Assembly (NCBI GenBank): GCA_041178425.1
Contig: JBEGVH010000030.1
Span: 1 to 64,000, forward strand
Direction of reading: 5' to 3'
DNA from: Pseudomonadota bacterium
GTDB taxonomy: Bacteria; Bdellovibrionota; Bdellovibrionia; Bdellovibrionales; Bdellovibrionaceae
Length of the DNA stretch: 64,000 nt
Positions 1-11,000 of the stretch are shown one piece after another. The notes beneath the pieces were generated by a model. That model made no database searches. It was not told where the DNA came from and saw only the letters and a list, made by a program, of their open reading frames with translations. Position numbers and translations under genes: made by a program. Numbering within the stretch: position 1 is the stretch's first letter; every line of letters starts with the position of its first letter.

Positions 1-456
1 ATTGTATCGGGCCTTGATGATCTCGATACTCTAAGAACTTGCTTTGCTGAGGGGGCTAACGATTTTCTCACCAAGCCCTTTCAGAAGAATGAACTCTTAA
101 TAAAAATTGAACGTCTTTTGAGTCTGGCCTCCGAAACTCCACCAGGGGCAACAACAAAAGCTTTTGAAGAACCAATACTTTTCGACCCCAAGACGTTTTC
201 GTTACGACGAGGAAATCAAGAACCTGTTTTTCTCACCATTAAGCAAATTCAAATTTATAGTCTTCTCCAACGGGCCCAGGGCCGCCCTCTCTCTCGCAAG
301 ATTCTCGAAAGTGAAATTTGGCCGGGCATTTCAGTTTCGGCCAAGTCACTCGATGTTCACCTCTTTCATTTGAGGCAAAAGCTAACTCCACTGGGTATTG
401 AGATTCTCTGGAACCCTACTGCCGGCTACTCCCTCATCTTCAAAGACGCTCCCTAA
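1..456 (+). CDS. OmpR/PhoB-family response regulator, 5' part outside the window
   Basis: Frame 1 is open from base 1 (IVSGLDDLDTLRTCFAEGANDFLTKPFQKNELL, a receiver C-terminus) and continues into a winged-helix motif (LSRKILESEIW...SLDVHLFHLRQKL...GY). Confidence 0.85.
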   Translation: MVSGLDDLDTLRTCFAEGANDFLTKPFQKNELLIKIERLLSLASETPPGATTKAFEEPILFDPKTFSLRRGNQEPVFLTIKQIQIYSLLQRAQGRPLSRKILESEIWPGISVSAKSLDVHLFHLRQKLTPLGIEILWNPTAGYSLIFKDAP

Positions 457-647
457 GAGATAGGGCGAATGGGCTGCTGGCTAAAGAACTTTGGCTAAAG
501 TCTTCATCGAGCCCTTTTTGGGCTTTGCTATCTAAAGCTTAGACAGCACCTAAACATAAATTGTTGTAATCTCATATCTATCTTGAAACTGAGGCCAAAT
601 TTGTTGGCACAAATCATGTATTCCCTCTATATAATAGGAGGTTCCCA

Positions 648-1439
648 GTGAAACTCATTAATTGGATCCTTTTAATTTTTATGACATCGGCCATGAGTGC
701 GCTCATTGGCTGCAACAATAGAAGCACTAAAAGTGCTCCACCGCCTGCTGGCTGCCCTGCGGGAATGATTGCGACCCCTGCTGGTTGCTCAACGACGGGT
801 AATAATCCTCCGTACGGGTATATTCCACCCACCGGCAACGGTTTGATTCAATATTATGCCGCTAATAATGATTTTATCACTCAAACAAACACTCTCGTAC
901 CAACGAGTAATTATCCTTTGTTTTTAAAACAAGCGCTCGGTGTTTGTGATCGTTGCCAAACATCCGTAGGACCAGGGCTCAGTTGCGATTCGTGGATGGC
1001 AGGTTTCAATATGCTGATGTTAAGTTTTGCGGGAGTCACTCCTGCTGCTTCACAAATGGCTTTTTACTCAACCCCCTATATTCAGCCAAACTACTATCAG
1101 TTTGCATGGCAATTTCCTAGCCTAGGTGATTTTTTTCTCAATGTCTTTACGGGTGCACCAATGCCCTCTTGTAATTATGGCCAAGCCACTCCTTACTGGG
1201 CAACACCGGTTCAGTATGAAACCTACAACGACGGCAAAGGCTTCGTGATTTGGACCAACATTGGACCTGCCAATTCGCAATGGTATCTCTATAAGTTTCG
1301 CCTTGTTGTTCCACAAGGTAAGATCGGAGATCCTAATCTAGGGTTTCAATTAACGGTCATCGATCGCAGCGGCACGAGTGGCGATCTTGCCACGGGCACG
1401 CTAACTCGATGCCAGCTGCCTAATTGCAGCATGTTTTAA
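648..1439 (+). CDS. Hypothetical Cys/Pro-rich lipoprotein
   Basis: GTG start after AGGAGG; hydrophobic signal ending in lipobox LIGC; several Cys; hairpin terminator downstream. Confidence 0.75.
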   Translation: MKLINWILLIFMTSAMSALIGCNNRSTKSAPPPAGCPAGMIATPAGCSTTGNNPPYGYIPPTGNGLIQYYAANNDFITQTNTLVPTSNYPLFLKQALGVCDRCQTSVGPGLSCDSWMAGFNMLMLSFAGVTPAASQMAFYSTPYIQPNYYQFAWQFPSLGDFFLNVFTGAPMPSCNYGQATPYWATPVQYETYNDGKGFVIWTNIGPANSQWYLYKFRLVVPQGKIGDPNLGFQLTVIDRSGTSGDLATGTLTRCQLPNCSMF

Positions 1440-1464
1440 TAAGTCGACAATATTCACGAGAGAC

Positions 1465-1499
1465 AATGCCTCTGCACCAAACAGAGGCATTTCTTTTTT
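1465..1499 (+). terminator. Rho-independent terminator
   Basis: aatgcctctg-caccaaa-cagaggcatt followed by tcttttt. Confidence 0.75.
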
Positions 1500-1552
1500 A
1501 CGGTGCTGTTTTTTGTTTACATCTTTTTAAACTCAGTACAGGTTTAAAATCT

Positions 1553-1783
1553 ATGAACACCGACAAACAAACCGTAGTGACTTGCCCTCGTTGCAAAACC
1601 AAACTGGTTTACTCTCAAGAAAATCCTTATCGTCCTTTTTGTAGTGAGCGATGCAAACTGATCGATTTAGGCGCTTGGGCCAATGAAGATTACCGAATTC
1701 CACTACAATCACAGCCACAATCACACGAAATCAAGGCTGTCGATGGCTCCGACACCTCCTCTGACGAAGACGATACGTTCTAA
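1553..1783 (+). CDS. yacG: DNA gyrase inhibitor YacG (zinc finger)
   Basis: CPRC...[25 protein letters not shown] signature with acidic tail; start moved to the ATG at 1553. Confidence 0.9.
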   Translation: MNTDKQTVVTCPRCKTKLVYSQENPYRPFCSERCKLIDLGAWANEDYRIPLQSQPQSHEIKAVDGSDTSSDEDDTF

Positions 1784-1907
1784 AAACGATAAAAGGCGCA
1801 GAAAGACTGAATTTTTTGATTGACCCAGTTTTTGAAAGACGGTTTAAATTTTAACTAGAAGATTACAGCAATAGAAACAACAACATGTACACAACAAGGA
1901 GTGTTTC

Positions 1908-2180
1908 ATGAATAAAGCACAATTGATCGAAAAAATCGCTGGCGAAGCTAACTGGAGCAAAGCTGAAACAGAAAAAATGCTCGACCTTACTATCGAAAAC
2001 ATCAAAAAAGCCGTTAAAAAAGGCGACGATGTTAAGCTTGTAGGTTTCGGTACATTTACAAAAGCAAAAAGAAAAGCTCGCACTGGCCGTAACCCACAAA
2101 CTGGCAAAGCAATCAAAATCCCTGCTATGTCATACCCTAAATTCCGCCCAGGCGCTGAATTTAAAACTCTTGTAAAGTAA
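1908..2180 (+). CDS. hup: HU DNA-binding protein
   Basis: MNKAQLIEKIA...VGFGTF...RTGRNPQTG...PKFRPG; AAGGAG RBS. Confidence 0.95.
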   Translation: MNKAQLIEKIAGEANWSKAETEKMLDLTIENIKKAVKKGDDVKLVGFGTFTKAKRKARTGRNPQTGKAIKIPAMSYPKFRPGAEFKTLVK

Positions 2181-2206
2181 TCTGATTCAGATCACTTTTA
2201 TTAGAG

Positions 2207-2240
2207 AAAGGCCATCAATCATTGATGGCCTTTTTTATTT
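2207..2240 (+). terminator. Rho-independent terminator after HU
   Basis: aaaggccatcaat-c-attgatggccttt followed by a T tract. Confidence 0.85.
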
Positions 2241-2341
2241 TTTAGCTTCCGAGACAAAAAGCTCACGCAAAGATCCAAGACTAGACTTTGGCGGGAGATT
2301 CTATAGAATCTCTTTATCTCAATATCGGAAGGATCAACGTT

Positions 2342-3319
2342 ATGAATTCCATTCGCAAAATTGCTGTGATGACAAGTGGTGGAGATGCTCCCGGAATGAA
2401 CGCTGCCATCAGAGCCGCTGTAAGAATGGCGATCCACAAAAATCTTGAGGTCATTGGTATTGTTGGTGGGTACTCCGGAGTTCTTCAAGGGCAATTTCAA
2501 CCGATGCAACTTCGTTCGGTGGCCAATATCATACAGAGGGGCGGTACAATTCTTAAAACTGCTCGTTGCCCAGAATTTCACAAACCCGAATACAGAAAAA
2601 TAGCCGCCGATAAACTTCGCGAGCAAGGTATTGATGCCCTGATTTGCATTGGAGGCGATGGCTCCTTTCGAGGAGCTCACCTATTAAATCAGGAGCACGG
2701 CATTAAGGTGATCGGTGTTCCGGGCACCATCGATAACGATATTTTTGGAACCGACAACACGATTGGCTTTGATACTGCCGTTAATATTGCCCTCGATGCC
2801 ATCGATCGAATTCGGGATACGGCCGCCAGTCATGATCGCCTTTTTATTGTTGAAGTAATGGGGCGCAACTCTGGTTTTATCGCGGTTGAAGTAGGACTCG
2901 CAGGTGGGGCTGAAATTATTTTCACGCCAGAACATTTATTTCCCATCGACCAAGCTGTGAACCAAATTAAAGGTGCAATGAATAAAGGCAAAATGAGCAG
3001 TATCATCATCGCTGCTGAAGGGCAAAAACCCGGAAGAGCCTATGATCTTGCCGAGGCCATTCGTAAAAAATCAAATCTTGATGCCAAAGTGTGCATCCTT
3101 GGCCATATTCAACGGGGGGGATCTCCTACGGCCACCGATAGAATCCTGGCCAGTCGGTTAGGGGCTGCGGCCGTTGAAGCCCTCCTCAATGGTGACACCA
3201 ACTGTATGATGGGCGTTAATAGCAATGAGATCATCAAAGTTCCTTTTCAATCTGTGTACAACGGCAAAAAAGAGGCTTCTAAAGAACTCATTGAACTTGC
3301 CCAAATTCTTTCTCAGTAA
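2342..3319 (+). CDS. pfkA: ATP-dependent 6-phosphofructokinase
   Basis: TSGGDAPGMNAAIRA, GGDGS, PGTIDND, EVMGR and LGHIQRGG motifs; start moved to the ATG at 2342. Confidence 0.95.
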   Translation: MNSIRKIAVMTSGGDAPGMNAAIRAAVRMAIHKNLEVIGIVGGYSGVLQGQFQPMQLRSVANIIQRGGTILKTARCPEFHKPEYRKIAADKLREQGIDALICIGGDGSFRGAHLLNQEHGIKVIGVPGTIDNDIFGTDNTIGFDTAVNIALDAIDRIRDTAASHDRLFIVEVMGRNSGFIAVEVGLAGGAEIIFTPEHLFPIDQAVNQIKGAMNKGKMSSIIIAAEGQKPGRAYDLAEAIRKKSNLDAKVCILGHIQRGGSPTATDRILASRLGAAAVEALLNGDTNCMMGVNSNEIIKVPFQSVYNGKKEASKELIELAQILSQ

Positions 3320-3480
3320 GCTTCCCAGAAAAGTGAGTTTTGCGCGCAGCCTGAGGGGAATTGCGCCACTGCGTAACGCCTGTGCTCAGAAGGGATGAAT
3401 TGACGCTTGTTTGTCTGCTTGATATCGAGAGTCATAACTGTTTAATATGTCAGTCTTACTCATCACTTGTGGGAGGATTC

Positions 3481-4599
3481 ATGCGTCTACTGGCTTTAAT
3501 CGTTCTTAGCCTTTTGAGCATTCAATGCACCAAGAAAAACACCAATGAAATTTTGATTGGTCAATATGGTTCACTCACCGGTAGTGAAGCCACCTTTGGC
3601 ACATCGACCGATCGTGGAGTGAGGTTGGCTTTAGACGAAATTAACGCGTCTGGTGGCCTCCATGGAAAACAACTCAAACTCATTACGCTCGACGATCAAG
3701 GAAAAGCAGAAGAAGCTGCCCAAGCCGTCACTCGATTGATCACTCAAGATAAAGTGGTTGCCGTGTTAGGCGAAGTGGCGAGCACGCGATCTTTGGCGGC
3801 AGCACCAATTGCACAACAGTATAAAGTTCCGATGATCTCACCCAGCTCAACCAATCCTAAAGTGACAGAGGTTGGTGATCAGATTTTCCGCGTTTGCTTT
3901 ATTGATCCCTTCCAAGGAACTGTCATGGCAAAATTTGCCATTGAGAACCTCAAAGTTAAAAAAGTTGCTATTTTAAGAGATGTAAAATCCGATTACTCAA
4001 TGGGATTAGCTGATTTCTTTGCTGCAAAAGTAAAGGAGTTGGGCGGTGAAATTGTTTCTGACGTTAGCTATTCAACGGGCGATACCAACTTTAAAGCTCA
4101 GTTAACCAAAATCAAGGGCACAACTCCTCAAGCCATCTTTATTCCTGGTTACTACACTGAGGTTGGTTTAATTGCCAAACAAGCAAAAGAACTTTCTTTG
4201 CTTGTTCCACTCATGGGTGGAGACGGTTGGGACAGCTCAAAACTTTCTGAAATCGGTGGCGAGGCCATCAATGGCCACTACTTCTCAAACCATTACACCA
4301 CTGAGTCTCAAGATCCTCACGTTGTTGATTTTGTTAATAAGTACAAAGCAAAATACAATGAGAGCCCAGATGGACTGGCTGCCCTCGGTTATGATGCTGG
4401 TCGCATTCTTGCTGAAGCCATCAAAACGAGCCCTGAGATCAGCAGCACTCAAATTCGTGATGCTCTTACAAAAATCAAAGATTTCGCCGGCGTCACAGGT
4501 AAGATCACCATCGATGGCAACCGAAATGCTGTAAAAAGCGCGGTTGTCGTAAAAGTTGACGGCAAAAATAACCGCTTTGTGACAACGATTACTCCGTAA
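3481..4599 (+). CDS. livK: Branched-chain amino acid ABC transporter substrate-binding protein (LivJ/LivK family)
   Basis: GGAGG RBS and signal peptide ending SIQC; Peripla_BP_6-type motifs (GSLTG, DDQGK, LGYDA); first gene of the liv operon. Confidence 0.9.
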   Translation: MRLLALIVLSLLSIQCTKKNTNEILIGQYGSLTGSEATFGTSTDRGVRLALDEINASGGLHGKQLKLITLDDQGKAEEAAQAVTRLITQDKVVAVLGEVASTRSLAAAPIAQQYKVPMISPSSTNPKVTEVGDQIFRVCFIDPFQGTVMAKFAIENLKVKKVAILRDVKSDYSMGLADFFAAKVKELGGEIVSDVSYSTGDTNFKAQLTKIKGTTPQAIFIPGYYTEVGLIAKQAKELSLLVPLMGGDGWDSSKLSEIGGEAINGHYFSNHYTTESQDPHVVDFVNKYKAKYNESPDGLAALGYDAGRILAEAIKTSPEISSTQIRDALTKIKDFAGVTGKITIDGNRNAVKSAVVVKVDGKNNRFVTTITP

Positions 4600-4627
4600 T
4601 CAAAAACTCGAACCGGAGTTAATCTGC

Positions 4628-5530
4628 GTGAGTGAATTTTTTCAGCATTTGATTAATGGAATTAGTATGGGGGCGATTTACGCTCTCGTAGCTCTTGGCT
4701 ACACAATGGTTTATGGAATTTTACAGTTCATAAACTTTGCTCACGCCGACATCTACATGGTTGGCGCCTTTGTGGCTTTTTTCTCGGCTCGTTTTTTTCA
4801 ACTGAGCGAGCACCCTCACTGGAGTTGGCTTTTTATAATTCTTGCGATCAGCACGGCGGCCTGCGCCCTTCTTGGCTTTGCTATTGAGAAAATAGCTTAT
4901 CGCCCGCTTCGCAAATCTCCCAAACTAAACATTCTGATTACGGCCATCGGGGTCAGTCTCTTTTTAGAATATGCTGGCCAAATTGTTTTTGGGGTCGATC
5001 CAAAGTTGTTCCCCCCACTCATGCCGGAGTCGACACTCTTCTCTATTGGCGGCGTTGATGTGATGTCTCTTGATGTTATTATTCTAGGTATCAGCGTATT
5101 CTCAATGATTGGTCTCCACTGGCTAGTCTATCACTCAAAACTCGGCAAGGCTATGCGCGCAGTTAGCCAAAATTCTACTGTTGCAGCCATGCTAGGAATC
5201 CATATTGATCGCGTGATTAGTTTTACTTTTATTGTTGGCAGCGCTCTTGCTGGAATCGCCGCCATACTTGTTGGAATGCGCTATCCTAAAATCGAACCGA
5301 TGATGGGAATGCTTATGGGGACAAAGGCCTTTGTTGCCGCTGTTCTTGGGGGAATCGGAAGTCTTCCAGGCGCTGTTTTGGGTGGAATGATCATGGGACT
5401 ATCTGAAGAAATGGTTGTTGGGTACTTAGAGAGCACATACCGAGATGCACTGTCCTTTGGTATTTTAATTATTATTTTAATTTTTAAACCAACGGGCCTC
5501 TTAGGATCACGAAAGGTGGAAAAAGTATGA
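4628..5530 (+). CDS. livH: Branched-chain amino acid ABC permease
   Basis: GAIYALVALGYTMVYGILQFINFAH; AFVAAVLGGIGS. Confidence 0.93.
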   Translation: MSEFFQHLINGISMGAIYALVALGYTMVYGILQFINFAHADIYMVGAFVAFFSARFFQLSEHPHWSWLFIILAISTAACALLGFAIEKIAYRPLRKSPKLNILITAIGVSLFLEYAGQIVFGVDPKLFPPLMPESTLFSIGGVDVMSLDVIILGISVFSMIGLHWLVYHSKLGKAMRAVSQNSTVAAMLGIHIDRVISFTFIVGSALAGIAAILVGMRYPKIEPMMGMLMGTKAFVAAVLGGIGSLPGAVLGGMIMGLSEEMVVGYLESTYRDALSFGILIIILIFKPTGLLGSRKVEKV

Positions 5531-6525
5531 AGCGTCCACTTATCGTACTCGCTGTTCTCCTTGTTCTTGGACTCGTTGTTGACCAAGCCTTTAACCCCTA
5601 TATTCAACGAACCTTCGACCTTGTGATCGTAAACATCATACTGGCTATGAGCTTAAACTTAGTGAATGGTTACACCGGGCAATTCTCTCTTGGCCATGCT
5701 GGTTTTATGGCCATTGGCGCCTATGCCTCGGCCTACTTAAGTTCTAAGTTTCCGGCACCGACCCCGATGATTCCTCATCTTCTGTTTTTTGGTTTTTATA
5801 GCATGGTTGGAGGTTTACTTGCCGCTCTGGCAGGATGGCTAGTTGGTCAGCCCTCACTTCGCCTCAAAGGCGACTATCTTGCCATTGTCACTTTGGGCTT
5901 TGGTGAAATCATTCGGGTTATTATTCTTAATAGCGAAGCCCTGGGCGGTGCACGTGGATTTTTCGGAATCCCTAGCCCCACCCCTTTTAGCTTTGGTGAT
6001 TTTAGTTTGAATCCTTTTTATTCCTTTTATGTCGTGGCCATCAGCTGGACTGTTGTTTGCTTTTTTGTCATTTATCGTTTGGTTCATTCCAATCATGGAC
6101 GAGCCTTCATGTCGATTCGCGAAGACGAAATTGCTGCCGACTCAATCGGCATAAATACAACACAAGTCAAAGTACGCGCCTTTGTACTTTCGAGTTTTTT
6201 TGCTGGTGTCGCAGGTTCTCTCTTTGCTCATTGCTCAAACTTCATTGCTCCAAGCTCCTTTAGCATGCTTATGAGTATCAATATTGTTATCATGGTTGTT
6301 CTTGGCGGAATGGGTTCGATGACTGGCCCAATTTTGGCGGCGGTGCTGATTTCGGTGCTTCCCGAAGCTCTTCGCCCACTTCAAGAGCTAACGGGCCAAG
6401 ACTACCGAATGATCATTTACTCATTAATTTTGATTGTACTGATGCTGGTAAGACCGCAGGGTCTTCTCGGACGCCAGGAAGTATGGGACCTATGGAGAAA
6501 ATCGCGTGGCAAATCTGCTTCTTGA
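5527..6525 (+). CDS. livM: Branched-chain amino acid ABC permease
   Basis: SLNLVNGYTGQFSLGHAGF; LRLKGDYLAIVTLGFGEI; ATGA overlap with livH. Confidence 0.93.
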   Translation: MKRPLIVLAVLLVLGLVVDQAFNPYIQRTFDLVIVNIILAMSLNLVNGYTGQFSLGHAGFMAIGAYASAYLSSKFPAPTPMIPHLLFFGFYSMVGGLLAALAGWLVGQPSLRLKGDYLAIVTLGFGEIIRVIILNSEALGGARGFFGIPSPTPFSFGDFSLNPFYSFYVVAISWTVVCFFVIYRLVHSNHGRAFMSIREDEIAADSIGINTTQVKVRAFVLSSFFAGVAGSLFAHCSNFIAPSSFSMLMSINIVIMVVLGGMGSMTGPILAAVLISVLPEALRPLQELTGQDYRMIIYSLILIVLMLVRPQGLLGRQEVWDLWRKSRGKSAS

Positions 6526-7285
6526 TGTTGATAAAATTTCAATTCAGTTTGGCGGCTTAAAAGCGGTCGATGGTTTTTCTTTGCAATTGCACAAAGGCGA
6601 ATTGGCGGGACTCATAGGTCCGAATGGTGCTGGCAAAACAACGGTTTTTAATTTACTCACAGGTGTTTATCAGCCAACAAGTGGCTCTATTCGCTTAGCT
6701 GGAACCACTCTCAATGGATTGAAGCCTTTTGAGATTGCCCGCATGGGAATCGCTCGAACGTTTCAAAATATAAGGCTTTTTAAAGAGCTCAGTGTGATCG
6801 ATAATATTCTTCTGGGTCAAAATCATAGGACTCATTATGGCCTTTTTCAAACCATCATGCTGGGCCAACAGTTTCAGGCTGAAGAGGCTAATATGAGAGC
6901 TGAGGCCTTAGAATTACTCCAAATTTTCAAACTCGATCATAAGATGGATCACGAGGCGGGCTCACTCCCCTATGGCGAACAGCGAAAGCTCGAAATCCTC
7001 CGCGCCCTTGCTACCAAACCAAAATTACTTTTTCTCGATGAGCCCGCAGCTGGCATGAATAACTCTGAGACGGCGGGATTAATGGAAGTGGTGGCCACCC
7101 TCCGAGAAAAATTCAACCTGACCATTCTTTTGATCGAACACGATATGAAGTTTGTAATGAACATCTGCGAAAAGATCCATGTGCTCGATCACGGAATTAA
7201 AATAGCCGAGGGCAACCCCAAACACATTCAGAACCATCCAGAAGTCATCAAAGCCTACCTAGGAACCGACGAGGAGATGCACTGA
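6506..7285 (+). CDS. livG: Branched-chain amino acid ABC ATPase
   Basis: [44 protein letters not shown]. Confidence 0.93.
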   Translation: MANLLLDVDKISIQFGGLKAVDGFSLQLHKGELAGLIGPNGAGKTTVFNLLTGVYQPTSGSIRLAGTTLNGLKPFEIARMGIARTFQNIRLFKELSVIDNILLGQNHRTHYGLFQTIMLGQQFQAEEANMRAEALELLQIFKLDHKMDHEAGSLPYGEQRKLEILRALATKPKLLFLDEPAAGMNNSETAGLMEVVATLREKFNLTILLIEHDMKFVMNICEKIHVLDHGIKIAEGNPKHIQNHPEVIKAYLGTDEEMH

Positions 7286-7998
7286 TGAAGCCAATGTTAG
7301 AACTTTGCGATCTCCATGTATTTTATGGTGCCATTCATGCGCTCAAAGGAGTCAATCTTAAGGTTTTTCCGGGAGAAGTAGTCTCTCTCGTGGGAGCCAA
7401 CGGGGCCGGCAAAACCACAACCCTTCGCGCTCTTTCGGGAATCATTCCCTGCAAAGGATCCATTCTCTTCAAGGACCAAGAAATTATTTCTCTTCCCCCT
7501 CACCATCGAGTCAGCCGTGGTTTGGCTCAATCGCCTGAAGGGCGAGGGGTTTTTCCGCTTATGACGGTTGAAGAAAATCTCGATATGGGAGCCTTTATTT
7601 ACTCTGATAAAGAGAGAATCGAAAAAGACCGTGAATTTTGCTTCACATTATTTCCCCGGCTCAAAGAGCGACGCGAGCAACTCGCGGGAACGCTATCGGG
7701 AGGCGAACAGCAAATGGTGGCCATTTCGAGAGCCCTGATGGCTCGCCCCGAACTACTTTTGCTCGATGAGCCCTCATTAGGACTGGCTCCACTGATTGTG
7801 GCTCAGATTTTTGAAATTATAAAACACCTCAATGAATCAAAAAAGACGACTATTTTGCTTGTGGAACAGAACGCACGGATGGCTTTAAAATTTAGTCACC
7901 GTGCCTATGTTATGGAAACCGGCAAGATTACCCTCGAGGGCAAAGCTTCAGATCTTCTCAAAGACGATTCTATTCGTCAAAGCTATCTTGGCCATTAA
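7285..7998 (+). CDS. livF: Branched-chain amino acid ABC ATPase
   Basis: GANGAGKTT, PEGRGVF, LSGGEQQM, LDEPSLGLAP, VEQNA. Confidence 0.93.
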   Translation: MKPMLELCDLHVFYGAIHALKGVNLKVFPGEVVSLVGANGAGKTTTLRALSGIIPCKGSILFKDQEIISLPPHHRVSRGLAQSPEGRGVFPLMTVEENLDMGAFIYSDKERIEKDREFCFTLFPRLKERREQLAGTLSGGEQQMVAISRALMARPELLLLDEPSLGLAPLIVAQIFEIIKHLNESKKTTILLVEQNARMALKFSHRAYVMETGKITLEGKASDLLKDDSIRQSYLGH

Positions 7999-8091
7999 GA
8001 CAACAAATTTTTAGAGCGGCTAATTTTACCTCCTCCTATTGAATCAGCACAAGTGGTCTGCTAATCTGATTCTTTAAAGGACGGTTTGTAA

Positions 8092-11000
8092 ATGGCCTTA
8101 GAAAATTCTCTTTTAGGTCTTCTTCTACAGGAATTAAAAAAGATAAGCTCCGCGGAGGTATCAAACCTTTGCGGCGAACACTATTTTCAACAAACCCAGA
8201 ATCGGTTTCTTCAAGGGGATATTCCAAAACTCTGGCAGATCTCTCCCCCTACCCATCATGATAATGTTCGGGTGATTTCGTTTGAATCAAACGACCACCA
8301 GCTTGTTGAAGTGGCTCTTTTACGAGCGCAATGGGAAATTTATTCGAGTGCCGATAGACTCACCTATCATTTTTTTGGAAAAGAATTCACCGCTGCACTT
8401 TTTGCCAGACCAACGGGCCCCACCATGGGACGCCAACTCCTCTCAGACACCTTTGTTCTATTGTGGCTTCTCAATCAAACGGAGCGTGAACAAAACAGTT
8501 GGGGCCTAAAGGCACCTCTCCTCAAAGAGTTGAAAGAGACCCTCGCCCCCCTCATGGAGGCGCAAGCACAGCCCACCAACAGTGAGAACACGATTCACTC
8601 CCTGTTGGTTTGTATTCCTGGGCAACCAATGCCTTTCTTAAAAATGGAGATGATACAGGCCTCAAGCCAGGCTCCCACTCTCTTCCAAGGGCAATTGTTC
8701 AAAGTTTTTAATCCAACAGCGCTTAAGGCAAAATCACAGGCCATTGAAGCCGCATCGATCGGTGCCCAAATTGAAAAACAGGGGCTGGCTGAATTACAAA
8801 TTCTCATGAGCAACGGCCGAATTATTCCGCTCAAAGATAACGAAGATTTAATCCCTTTTCTCGAGAATCATAGGTCGGAGCGAGCGGATCGCCGAATGCT
8901 CGATAAAATCTGTAAGATAAGCGATGATGACTCCCTCTTGCTCCGCACTTTTGAACGCAATAAGTTTAATCTCATTGATAAATTTTTTTCTGAGAATAAA
9001 GAGGTGCGTTTAGTTTATGGTTACAATCCGACCCAAGAACGACATGGAGTTCTTTGTCGCCAGTTTGAGGTTTGTAGTTTTGGCGGGATTTACCAAAAAC
9101 CAAATTTAAACCTTCAACTCGATTCTGGGTACGGGCGACTTGAGTTAGCCTTAGAAATACCCCAACCACTTTCGAATGCTCTTATTTCAAACCAGATCGC
9201 TTTCGAGCCACAAAAACAAACTCTGATTTTTCACGACCTCCACCAAATGGCTCGCACCTTTACTCGTTTTTTAGGGGAACGCGAGCATAGTGCCGACATT
9301 CTCCATAACCTATTTCATCGAACCGAACCGGTAACAATCGACGGGCACAAACGCATCTATGGCTTTTTAAAAAATCTGCACCATGATTTTGGAAAAGAAC
9401 TTCAAATCACTTCGATTTCCGAATTGAAACTCGAAGGAAAACCCGCTCTTGAAGTTTTAATTGATCGAGAATCATTTCGCTTGCTTCATCGCATGACCCT
9501 CGAAGGTCGCGAGATCACTTTTGCCAATCTTGCTGGAGAATGGAAAACCATTCTGAGGGGCGTTGAATCTGGCCTTATGGCTATTGATCCGGCTGCCAAT
9601 GCAGACTTTTCCTACTCTGTCAGACGATCTCAGCGCCAAAACGAGGTGAAGTTTTTAAAACACTCTGGCATTTTCATGACAATCCTTCACGGTGCCCTTG
9701 AGTGGAAGCTACGAGATGAGGCTCTTGGTAAATCGAAACCTGTATTTTATGAAGAGCTCTGGCAAAAACTGGCTCTCCTCATTTTGCCAAGAAACGAATC
9801 CAACCGCACAGAAACTTTAGATCAGTTAGTGTCTTTTAAAGTGAAACGAATCGCTATTGATTTTATTGAGTCTTTACTTGATCAACTCGATAATGACTAC
9901 GAATCAGTTGTTGCCTTACATAACTCTCTCGTTTTTGTGAAGGGCCTGATTCGCGAACAAGCTAAAATTCTCTATTATTGGATACATCAAATTGCCAATT
10001 TTACTAAGGGTGATTTATTTACCAAATCAACTTCAAAGTATTTACCAAACGACTGGTATTTTGAAGATTTAAACCAACCCCATAAAATCGATGATTTTTA
10101 TTGTTTCGATCACGGCGCTATTCAGGCCCAAGGCGTCCAATCCTACTCGACTCGGCACCGTGAATCTCTCTATCAAATTCCACTCTCTGCGTGGGCTCGC
10201 CTCCCGCAACACTTTTCAGAGATTCAAGTACAACTTGATGGCCGACCTATGGAGCGACTAGACGCCGAGCAATTTAAGGTCAATTTTGAACTAACAAATC
10301 CTGATCTTACTGCGAACGAAGAGAATCGTCGCATCGACTGGTTCGCTTTAAACCCAAAATACTTTTTAAACGGGCAAGAGATCAGTGAAATCGATGCAAA
10401 AAAACTGACGTTCGATGGAGTTCTTGAATATCAAGGTCGTTTTTATGTTCTCGATAGCGAAAACTTTCCAAGCCAGCGCGCCCTCGAAGTCTTCTGGACA
10501 CGATTGCAGTTCACTCCCACCAAATCGGGACGCCAACAACAAAAAAACAATGACGGCGACGTTTCTGCTCCCAAGCACCATGTGCTGGAGCTCCTGGCCC
10601 TCCGTCGAATGGGCATCGCATTTCAAGGCCCTAAAGAATGGGAAGCTATTTGCGAGTATTATGATCGCTTGTCGCAACCGCGCGGACAATTAGATTTAGG
10701 GGATAAACTCAACAGCACCTTAAAGCCCTATCAATTGGCGGGAGTACAGTGGCTCTGGGATCTTTTTCAACTCCGCATCGGTGGAATTCTTGCCGATGAT
10801 ATGGGGCTCGGAAAAACCGCACAAGCCCTTTCATTTCTCCAATATGGCTATCACAAGAAAGCCCTCAAGCGCGTGCTGGTCATCGTTCCTGTGTCGCTCA
10901 CTTTTAACTGGGTGGCAGAAGCAGAAAAGTTTACCCCTGATTTAAAGGTCTCTGTGTTCGATCCTAAGAATCCAGAATCAACAGAAGCCGATGTGATCGT

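Noticed and set aside
3361..3480. Long N-terminal extensions in the ORF track (yacG, pfkA, livK, lemA, aminotransferase, clpP, RCC1)
   Set aside because: Downstream starts fit RBS positions and family N-termini better; the extensions are longest-ORF artefacts.
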